Positions 47,841-55,883 of a stretch of DNA of 64,000 bases are shown one piece after another. The stretch's first letter is position 1; each line of letters begins with the position of its first letter. The translations under genes and the position numbers were made by a program. Where the stretch lies: contig CAVYNY010000020.1 of NCBI GenBank assembly GCA_963769935.1, positions 320,001 to 384,000 of the forward strand, given 5' to 3'. Under the pieces are notes generated by a model. That model was not told where the DNA came from. It ran no database searches and saw nothing but the letters and a program-made list of their open reading frames with translations. The stretch is from an uncultured delta proteobacterium (GTDB lineage: Bacteria > Desulfobacterota > Desulfobacteria > Desulfobacterales > JAFDCJ01).

Positions 47841-50288
47841 TCACTTCTTTTTGGGTTGCTTGGCAGCCTGTTCGGCCTCTTCTTCAGCCTGAATGGCAGC
47901 CAGTGCCGCCGCAGCGGCGGCCTGGCGCTTGGGGTCTGTTTCGTTTTCCCCATTGTCGGTCGGACGGGCTTCACTCTCCGATCGTCCTGGACTTTGGCCG
48001 GTCTCCGGCGGCATGTACACGGTCACATTGCGATGGGCAAAGCCAATGCCCGCCTCCTTGAAGGCTTCCTGCATGAGATGGTAGACCTCTCTGCGGATGG
48101 CAAACTGGTCGCCGGGCTTGGTCTTGTATTTGATGCGCATGATCATGGCCGAGTCATCCATTTCCCGCACCCCCTGGGATTTGATCGGCTCCAGCAGTTT
48201 GGGTCCCAGCTCGGGATCCGCCGCGATAACATTGTGGACTTTCTTCTTGATGATTTTGCGTATTTTTTCAACATCGGCATCGTAGCGCACCCGAAAGTCG
48301 AGTTTCATGATCACATAGTCGCGGCTGAGGTTGGTCACCAGCTTGATGTCGCCGAAGGGAACGAAATAGACCTGGCCGCGCGGGTTGCGCAGTCTGAGGG
48401 AACGCAGCGAAATATGCTCCACCGTCCCCTTGGCACCGGCGACCTGCAGATAATCGCCGACCCGGAAGGCATCGGCCATGAGAAAGAAGACGCCCGAGAT
48501 AATGTCCTTGACCAGGGTCTGGGCGCCGAAGCCGATCGCCAGGCCGAAGACACCGGCGCCGGCGATCAGGGGACCGATGTTGACCCCCAGGGCCGATAGA
48601 ACAATCAGGGTGGCCATCACGATGATGACCACCAGCATGAACTTGCGCAGCAGCAGCAGAAGGGTGGCAATGCGCGAGCCGCCGGCGCCGCCGCCCTCGT
48701 CTTTTTCATCATCCCATTCGGCCTCCGGAATTTCCTGCCGCATCCGGCGCTGGATGGCGGCGTTGATCAGGCCCCAGGCGACGTAACAGACCAGCACGAC
48801 CACCAGAATCTTGAGGACGGTCCTGGCCACCTCTTCCCCGAGCCGGAAATCGACGTCCCAGATGCTGAGGGTCCAGAAAACCAGCAAAGCTGCCAGGGCC
48901 AGGCGCAGAGCGGTACGCAGCGGACCTTTCATGCGATCGAGCTCCAACCGGGCGCCCTGCGCGGATTTGTCTTTTGAGATTTTGCCGGCGGCCGGCGGCG
49001 CAGCTTCAGATTCGCCGTCATCTTCAGACCCGGTATGAGAAGTTTCGGCAGGCACCGTCTTTGCCTCGGGCTTGGCCGCAATACCGAAAGCCGCCTCCAG
49101 CATCAGGCACAGGAGCCAGTCCAGCAAAAAGTAAACCGGTACCATCAACAGGGTCAGGCTCGCCTGCCCGGAAGCAGTTCCCAAAATCATGTTGATGATT
49201 GTCGAAGCCAACAACACCAAAACAGCAAAGATGGCAAAATGATGCCATTTTTGGACCAGCCGATAGCGCAGGCTGGTTTCCGGCAGATCCCGGCTGAATG
49301 CGGCGGCTGCGGTTTTGCGCTTCTGCAGAATCATGCAGATGATCATCCCGACCGCAATCAAAGCGACCAGCGCAAACACCTTGATGTGCGTCAGCTCAGT
49401 GGCGCCCGCCAGGCGAATCACACCGGCAGTCAGATTGCCGAAGCAGACGACACACGTCAGCGCCATGAGCCAGCGGTGCAGATACAGCGCGGTTTCGTCG
49501 CTGAACGGCAGAAACCGCAGCGCCGGTGTACGCGGGGCCAGGAAAAACCGCAATACCAGGTAGGCGCCTTGGATGATGGCCAAGCCGGCCAGGTAAGCGG
49601 CCAAAAGGGCGCGTTGTCCTTCGGTGCGCTCCAAAAAAAGGAAAAAAAAGACCAGGGACGCAACGATGAAAATGACGATGGCTGTAAAATCCAGCACGGC
49701 CCGCATGGACAGGGCCCCGATTTTGGCGCGCCACCCGGACGGCACGGTTGATGTAATGCGGCGCCGCGCCGCCGCGGCGTAGAGCACGAACAGCCATTCG
49801 ATCAGCAGGGCGCCGGCCAGCACCGCACCGACATTCAGAATAACGCTCGCTACGGTCTTGTTTCCGCGTTTTCCTCTGCCCAGAAAGGCAAACACGCCGG
49901 ACATTTCCTGCGGGGCGCCTCTGCTGCCCGAGTGCAAAGATTCGATGCGGGTTTGCAGGGAGGCTGTCAAGTCTCTGATTTTATCGATGAAGCCCTCGAT
50001 ACCGACCGACTTGGCGCGGGTAGCCTTTTCCAGAGCCTCCCGCTGGGACTGGGCGTCGAGATCATTGAGCAGCAACCGCCGTACCTGCTCGTCACTGAGA
50101 CCGGCAAGGAAGTGATCGAGCTCTGCGGGGGTCAAGTCCTTGGGGAGGGAAATGTTTTCAGCGTTCTGGGCGGCAGCCTTTTTGTGGCTGGTCTTGAACA
50201 TCATCGGGTTTTTGGACCAGGCTGCTGTGCTCAGGCAAAGAAGGAGAAGTGCAACCCACGCGATTACTTTCAAATTTTTCGAATACAT
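47841..50288 (-). CDS. Large MscS-family mechanosensitive channel (YbiO-like)
   Basis: Many TM helices; AGAGVFGLAIGFGAQTLVKDIISG, FRVGD motifs. Confidence 0.9.
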   Translation of the reverse strand: MYSKNLKVIAWVALLLLCLSTAAWSKNPMMFKTSHKKAAAQNAENISLPKDLTPAELDHFLAGLSDEQVRRLLLNDLDAQSQREALEKATRAKSVGIEGFIDKIRDLTASLQTRIESLHSGSRGAPQEMSGVFAFLGRGKRGNKTVASVILNVGAVLAGALLIEWLFVLYAAAARRRITSTVPSGWRAKIGALSMRAVLDFTAIVIFIVASLVFFFLFLERTEGQRALLAAYLAGLAIIQGAYLVLRFFLAPRTPALRFLPFSDETALYLHRWLMALTCVVCFGNLTAGVIRLAGATELTHIKVFALVALIAVGMIICMILQKRKTAAAAFSRDLPETSLRYRLVQKWHHFAIFAVLVLLASTIINMILGTASGQASLTLLMVPVYFLLDWLLCLMLEAAFGIAAKPEAKTVPAETSHTGSEDDGESEAAPPAAGKISKDKSAQGARLELDRMKGPLRTALRLALAALLVFWTLSIWDVDFRLGEEVARTVLKILVVVLVCYVAWGLINAAIQRRMRQEIPEAEWDDEKDEGGGAGGSRIATLLLLLRKFMLVVIIVMATLIVLSALGVNIGPLIAGAGVFGLAIGFGAQTLVKDIISGVFFLMADAFRVGDYLQVAGAKGTVEHISLRSLRLRNPRGQVYFVPFGDIKLVTNLSRDYVIMKLDFRVRYDADVEKIRKIIKKKVHNVIAADPELGPKLLEPIKSQGVREMDDSAMIMRIKYKTKPGDQFAIRREVYHLMQEAFKEAGIGFAHRNVTVYMPPETGQSPGRSESEARPTDNGENETDPKRQAAAAAALAAIQAEEEAEQAAKQPKKK

Positions 50289-50303
50289 CTGATGTGCCCT
50301 TAA

Positions 50304-51191
50304 TCAAATCAGTCCCGCTGCAGCCATGATATCCGGCACTTTGTCTTCTTTGCCGATGGCCATGATGTGAACGCCGTCGCACATCCTTTCTTCATGGATG
50401 CGCTTGATCATGCGGCCGGCGATCTCGATGCCCTTGGCCAGGGCCTGACCCTTGGGAGCGGCGGCCATCTCGTCGATCAAATCCTGGGGCACAAAGACCC
50501 CGGCGATATTTTTGTTCATAAAACGCGCCATGGGGGCGGAGGTCAGCAGAATGATGCCGGCCAGGATTTTCACCTTGAACTGGCGGGCGTAGTCCATGAA
50601 TTCCTTGAATTTGTCCAGGTCATATACGGCCTGGGTCTGGATGAATTCAGCGCCGGCCTCGATCTTTTTTTCAAACTTGATCAGCTGCGGTTCCAGGGGA
50701 TCGGCCTCGGGTGTGACAATAGCGCCGGCACAAAATGACACGCCCCCGTCCAGATCGTTTCCGCCGAGGTCCTTGCCCTTTTCCAACAGCCGGACGGTTG
50801 CCAGCAGCTGACTGGAATCCAGATCAAAGACGCTTTTGGCCTGCTTGTGGTCGCCCAGCATGATGGAATCGCCCGTCAGGCACAGCACATTATGAATCCC
50901 CTTGTAGGAGGCGAACAACAGATCCGCCTGCAGTGCCAGGCGGTTGCGATCGCGGCAGGTCATCTGCAAAATAACTTCACCGCCCAGTTCCTTGACCAGC
51001 AGGCAGCCGCCCAGAGAAGGAAACCGCATGACCGAGCTTTGGTGATCGGTCACGTTCATGGCGTCCACCTTGTCTTTTAAAAGCTCGACATGCTGCTTGA
51101 ATTTGTCGAGGTTGGTCCCCTTGGGCGGGGCGACTTCACTGGTAACCACAAATTTGCCGGACGCTAAGGCTTCTTTGAATGGAGTCGGCAT
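50304..51191 (-). CDS. metF: Methylenetetrahydrofolate reductase MetF
   Basis: EVAPPKG, NVTD, TCRDRNR, LCLTGD, KKIEAGAEFIQTQ; start 51191 or 51209. Confidence 0.93.
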   Translation of the reverse strand: MPTPFKEALASGKFVVTSEVAPPKGTNLDKFKQHVELLKDKVDAMNVTDHQSSVMRFPSLGGCLLVKELGGEVILQMTCRDRNRLALQADLLFASYKGIHNVLCLTGDSIMLGDHKQAKSVFDLDSSQLLATVRLLEKGKDLGGNDLDGGVSFCAGAIVTPEADPLEPQLIKFEKKIEAGAEFIQTQAVYDLDKFKEFMDYARQFKVKILAGIILLTSAPMARFMNKNIAGVFVPQDLIDEMAAAPKGQALAKGIEIAGRMIKRIHEERMCDGVHIMAIGKEDKVPDIMAAAGLI

Positions 51192-51382
51192 CTTTATTTC
51201 CCTCTTCATATTTTAGAGTTAATCACTGCAGTACATTTTGAATGGATTTTATCTATTTTTAGTTTTCACCGCCCGCTTCGCTCGAGCCGCAGAGAACGCA
51301 GAGAAAATTATAATTTTGTTTTCCATTGAGAGGACGGAAAACAAACTACTTCAATCCCGCGGGTAGAACTAAAGCCAAGTGT

Positions 51383-52036
51383 TTAATTTGATTCCAACTT
51401 CAGTTTCCCCGGTTTGGGCTCGCCCAGGTGGTTACGGGGTTTCTGGTATTTTTTCATGGAGTCCAGCCGCCCCAGTTCGGTGAGGCGGTTGTAAATCAGG
51501 GTCCAGACGCAGTCCTTGTTGACATCGATCTCGCATTTGCCGTGGTTGGTTCCGCCGCAGGGGCCGTTGACCAGACCCTTGTGGCAGTTGGTGACCGGGC
51601 AGATGCCGCCGGTCTCGCCGATGATGCAGGAGCCGCACTGGGTGCAGATTTCATCAAATGTTCCGAAGGCGGTTTCCTTGCCGATGAACATGGTATTGAC
51701 GGCCGGCACGACCATTTTCTTCAATTGCCGGGCAATAGTCTGAACCCCGAAGGCACAGCTGGTAATCAGCAGGGCATCGGACTGTTTGATCTGCTCGCCG
51801 TATTCGCCCAGAAATTCTCGGGTTAAATTGTCACAGGCGACCGGAACCACCGTGGTGCCGGTAATCAGTTTGCCTTTCTCAGAAAGATCTTTCTTCAGAG
51901 CCCTGACCTCGGGCTCACCGCCGGTGCGGGTCAGGGTTGTGCAAGTCCCGCAGCCGATGATGAAGAGGCGGTTTAATCCTTTCAGAAGCCGCTCCAGCTC
52001 TTCTTCCGATTTTTTTTGCGTGATGGATCGAATCAT
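51383..52036 (-). CDS. metV: MTHFR small Fe-S/Zn subunit MetV
   Basis: GCGTC, CTQCGSC..GGICP..CHKG..NGPCGG..KCE..CVW; directly upstream of metF. Confidence 0.9.
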   Translation of the reverse strand: MIRSITQKKSEEELERLLKGLNRLFIIGCGTCTTLTRTGGEPEVRALKKDLSEKGKLITGTTVVPVACDNLTREFLGEYGEQIKQSDALLITSCAFGVQTIARQLKKMVVPAVNTMFIGKETAFGTFDEICTQCGSCIIGETGGICPVTNCHKGLVNGPCGGTNHGKCEIDVNKDCVWTLIYNRLTELGRLDSMKKYQKPRNHLGEPKPGKLKLESN

Positions 52037-55000
52037 ACCCCATTCTCCTCTTTTTCCAGATCACAGCGGAGGCAGCGTTTGGCCTCGCGGCGGCCCTCCT
52101 CCTCGGTGAATCCTTTTTCAACTTCCCGAAAATCCTTAATGCGTTGCCCGGCATCCTCGAGTCCGACTTCGACCCGGGGTTGGTCCTCGGTGCTTTCTTC
52201 ATCCAGCGCCAGGCCCGCGGCTGTGTGACGGTGAGACTTTTCGTCCGGGATATAGACCGGGCTGTCGTCGCCGGTCAGGAATTTGTTAATGGCAATGGCC
52301 GCACGCCTGCCCGAAGAAATGGCCCGGATTACAAAAGTGGGGCCGGTGGTAAAATCCCCGCCGGCAAAGACCCCCGGTACATTGGTGGCGAGCGTATTGG
52401 TGTCGACCACCAGGGTTCCCCACAGGGCGCGCTCAAGTTTGCTGTCGGCATCCAGGAAGGACATATCGGCTGCCTGGCCGATGGATATAATGACATTGTC
52501 GGCATCTATGAACCGGGTGTCCTCGAGATCGCAGGTGGGATTGAAGCAGCCCTTGTCATCAAATACGCAGATGCAGTGAGTGAATTCAATTCCGGTAACA
52601 TGCCCGTCCTGGTGGGTGATTCTGCTCGGTGACGCCTCGGTGTTGATGACAATGCCTTCGTCGATGGCTTCGTCGATGTCCTGTTCCCAGGCCGGCATCT
52701 CGTCCCTGGGTTCCAGGCAGAATATCTGCACGTCCCGGGCACCGGATCTCAGCGCGGTGCGGGCCACATCCACCGCCACGTTGCCCCCGCCGATGACCAC
52801 CGTACTGCCGCTGAGCGGGACTTTGCGGCCTGCGCGGACCTTGCTTAAAAAATCCAGGCCGTAGTAAAGACCTGCGAGATCTTCTTCTTCGCCGGGGATG
52901 CCCATGCGCTTGCTGGCCTGGGCACCGGCGGCAATAAACACCGCGCTGTAGCCTTCGTTCAGCAGGTCATTGAATGTGTGTTTGGCATCAATCGGTGAGT
53001 TGTAGCGGATTTCCACCCCGCAGTTTTCAATGTATTGAATCTCCTCCTCGATTACCTTGCGCGGCAGACGAAACTCGGGTACGGCTATGCCGAGCATGCC
53101 GCCCGCCACCGATTGGGCTTCGTAGACCGTGGTCTGATATCCCATTTTGGCGAGATAATAGGCACAGGTCAGCCCGGCCGGACCGCCTCCGACGATGGCG
53201 ACTTTTTCCTTGCGGGTCACCGGAAAAGGGTCTCGCTGCGGACCGATGTTTTTAAAATACCAGTCCGAAGCCAGTCGTTTGAGCGCGCGGATGGCCACCG
53301 GCTGGTCGAGCTCTCCGCGCCGGCACTTATATTCGCAGGGGTGAATGCAGATACGGCCGCAGACAGCCGGAAACGGATTGCGCTCGCGGATGATTTCAAC
53401 GGATCTTTCATAATCGCCTTCAGCAACGGCAGCCACGTAATTGGGTACGTCGATGCCGGCCGGGCAGGCATGCTGGCAGGCAGATATGACCATGGAGTCG
53501 CAGACCGCCCCCGCACAGCGATGCTCCCGGATGTGGTCCTCGTATTCTTTGAGAAAATATCGCAGGGTGGACAGGGCCGGCTTGGAGCAGGCCTGCCCGA
53601 GGCCGCACAGCGACGCCTCGGTCAGCGTTTCCCCCAGCTCCCGGATGGTATCGATGTCCTGCAAACGACCCTGGCCGCGCGTGATGCGCGTCAGGATCTC
53701 CAGCAGCTGGGTGGTGCCCAGACGGCAGGGCGCGCATTTGCCGCAGGATTCCGACTGGGTAAAACTCAGGAAATAGCGCGCGATTTCCACCATGCAGTTA
53801 TTTTCATCCATGACCACCATGCCGCCCGATCCCATGATGGCGCCCACTCGTTGGAGGGTGTCGTAGTCGATTTCCAGGTTCAAAAACTGAGCCGGCACAC
53901 ATCCCCCGGCGGGTCCGCCCATCTGGACGGCTTTAAAGGCCCGGCCTTTAGGGATGCCGCCGCCGATGTTGTAAATCACTTCTTTGACGGTAGATCCGAT
54001 GGGCACTTCCACCAGGCCGGTATTGTTGACTTTGCCGGCCAGAGAAAAAATTTTGGTGCCTTTGCTGTCGGCGGTGCCGACCTCGCCGTACCAGTCGGCG
54101 CCGTTTTTGATGATCAGCGGGACATTGGCCCAGGTCTCCACATTGTTGATATTGGTGGGCTTGCCGTCGATGCCCGCCTGAGCGGGAAAAGGCGGTCGGG
54201 CGCGCGGCATGCCGCGCTGCCCCTCAATGGATGCCATCAAGGCCGTTTCTTCGCCGCATACAAAGGCTCCGGCACCCAGCCGCAGCGAGAGAGCGAAGTT
54301 AAAACCGGTGCCGAGTATGTTTTCTCCCAGCAGACCCAGTTCATTGGCCTGATCTATGGCAAGCGTCAGGTGCTCGACGGCGATGGGATATTCCTCCCGG
54401 ACATAGATGTAACCGTATTCGCTGCCCATGGCATAAGCGCCCAGCAGCATCCCTTCCAGAACGGCATGCGGATCGCCTTCCAAAATGGCGCGGTCCATAA
54501 AGGCCCCCGGATCACCTTCGTCGGCGTTGCACACCACATACTTTGGCCGTCCCGCGGCCTGCCGGGCAAATTTCCATTTGAGGCCGGTGGGAAATCCGGC
54601 GCCGCCGCGGCCCCGCAGTTTGGCCGTCTGCACCTCATCGATGACCTTCTCCGGCTTCATTTTGGAAAGCGCCTTGACCAGCGCCTGATAGCCGCCGGCG
54701 GCAATGTAGTGCTCGATTTTGGTGGGATCGATCCGGCCGCAGTTTGCCAGAACCCGGCGCACCTGTTTGGCGTAAAACGGTATCTGGTCGCGGTAAAAAA
54801 TCGGCTGAAAGGTTTTGGGCGCGCGGTAGGCCAGCCGGTCGATCAGCCGGTTGTTTTTAAGGGTCTGGCCGACAATGTCGACGGCGTCATCGGGCTCGAC
54901 CTCCTGATACTGAACCCCGATGGGTTCGATGGCAACGACCGGCGCCTTGGCGCAGAAGCCGTGGCAGCCGGTGGCACGAACCTCAACCTGCCGCGTGAGG

Positions 55001-55164
55001 CCCTGATGCTTGACTTCGTCGTTCAGCGCTTCCAGAACGCCGGCGGCACCGTAGGCGCGGCAACCGGTCATGCACACGTGCACTTCGATGATGCCGTCTT
55101 CTCTGCGGGATAGGATCTTGTTGCGGAGCCGCTCCAGCTGACCGATGGATGAAAGTTTTTCCAT
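52033..55164 (-). CDS. NuoF/HydB-like flavoprotein fused to a GltD/NfnB-like FAD/NADPH domain
   Basis: Trx-like 2Fe-2S, GRGGAGFP, NADEGDPGAFMD, CGEET, SCGKCAPC; then CQHACP..CGRIC..CE..C, GGGPAG, GGGNVAVD. Confidence 0.9.
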   Translation of the reverse strand: MEKLSSIGQLERLRNKILSRREDGIIEVHVCMTGCRAYGAAGVLEALNDEVKHQGLTRQVEVRATGCHGFCAKAPVVAIEPIGVQYQEVEPDDAVDIVGQTLKNNRLIDRLAYRAPKTFQPIFYRDQIPFYAKQVRRVLANCGRIDPTKIEHYIAAGGYQALVKALSKMKPEKVIDEVQTAKLRGRGGAGFPTGLKWKFARQAAGRPKYVVCNADEGDPGAFMDRAILEGDPHAVLEGMLLGAYAMGSEYGYIYVREEYPIAVEHLTLAIDQANELGLLGENILGTGFNFALSLRLGAGAFVCGEETALMASIEGQRGMPRARPPFPAQAGIDGKPTNINNVETWANVPLIIKNGADWYGEVGTADSKGTKIFSLAGKVNNTGLVEVPIGSTVKEVIYNIGGGIPKGRAFKAVQMGGPAGGCVPAQFLNLEIDYDTLQRVGAIMGSGGMVVMDENNCMVEIARYFLSFTQSESCGKCAPCRLGTTQLLEILTRITRGQGRLQDIDTIRELGETLTEASLCGLGQACSKPALSTLRYFLKEYEDHIREHRCAGAVCDSMVISACQHACPAGIDVPNYVAAVAEGDYERSVEIIRERNPFPAVCGRICIHPCEYKCRRGELDQPVAIRALKRLASDWYFKNIGPQRDPFPVTRKEKVAIVGGGPAGLTCAYYLAKMGYQTTVYEAQSVAGGMLGIAVPEFRLPRKVIEEEIQYIENCGVEIRYNSPIDAKHTFNDLLNEGYSAVFIAAGAQASKRMGIPGEEEDLAGLYYGLDFLSKVRAGRKVPLSGSTVVIGGGNVAVDVARTALRSGARDVQIFCLEPRDEMPAWEQDIDEAIDEGIVINTEASPSRITHQDGHVTGIEFTHCICVFDDKGCFNPTCDLEDTRFIDADNVIISIGQAADMSFLDADSKLERALWGTLVVDTNTLATNVPGVFAGGDFTTGPTFVIRAISSGRRAAIAINKFLTGDDSPVYIPDEKSHRHTAAGLALDEESTEDQPRVEVGLEDAGQRIKDFREVEKGFTEEEGRREAKRCLRCDLEKEENGV

Positions 55165-55188
55165 TATCTTCTATTTTCTCCCTAAGTA

Positions 55189-55662
55189 TCACTTTTTCTG
55201 ATATTCACCCAAAATACTGGTCACCTTGGTCGGGGAAAGTCGGCCGAAATAATCCCGATTGATCATCATGGTCGGCGCCAGAAAGCATGCTCCCAGGCAG
55301 GCGACGGTTTCCAGGGTAAACTGATAATCCGGGCTGGTTTCACCCTCTTTGAGTTTCAGTTCTTTTTGCATCAGCCTGAGTATGCTGCGGCCGCCTTTAA
55401 CATGGCAGGCGGTACCGCGGCACACCCGGCACACATATTTGCCCTTGGGTTTCAATGAGAAGCCGGAGTAAAAGGTAACAACCCCCTGGACCTGGGAAGG
55501 GAACAGATTCAGCGCCGCCGCAATCGGTTCGATCGTCTCCGGTGGGACATAGCCGTAAATCACCTGCACCTCCTGGAGCAGGGGGATGAGGCCCCATTTC
55601 CGGTTTTTGTGTTTGTCGAGGATCGCGTCGAGTTTGCCAAGATCGATTGGGGGTGGTTGCAT
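55189..55662 (-). CDS. nuoE: NuoE/HydC-like 2Fe-2S subunit
   Basis: CRGTACH...ACLGAC..AP. Confidence 0.9.
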   Translation of the reverse strand: MQPPPIDLGKLDAILDKHKNRKWGLIPLLQEVQVIYGYVPPETIEPIAAALNLFPSQVQGVVTFYSGFSLKPKGKYVCRVCRGTACHVKGGRSILRLMQKELKLKEGETSPDYQFTLETVACLGACFLAPTMMINRDYFGRLSPTKVTSILGEYQKK

Positions 55663-55730
55663 GGATGTTTCCTCATTGATCGTAATTTAGTGCCTAAAAT
55701 TTATCCGGGCATTGTCAGGCTATCAGCATT

Positions 55731-55883
55731 CTAGCTTATAGTTCGTAGTTGATAGTTGATAGTTAAATGATTTCTGTCTTTTTTTATAGGTAATGGCTGA
55801 TGGCCGATCGTCGGATGATTTCTTCCTATTTTCTTTGCCAAATAGCTATGTACTACAAACTATCAACTAAGTACTATCAACTA
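55731..55883. repeat. Inverted 7-mer minisatellite inside the operon
   Basis: TAGTTGA units answered by TCAACTA units. Confidence 0.75.

Noticed and set aside
53035..55113. 692-aa plus-strand ORF
   Set aside because: Antisense shadow of the GC-rich NuoF-GltD gene with no recognisable motifs; the same applies to other long antisense ORFs such as 27173-28024 and 44792-45577
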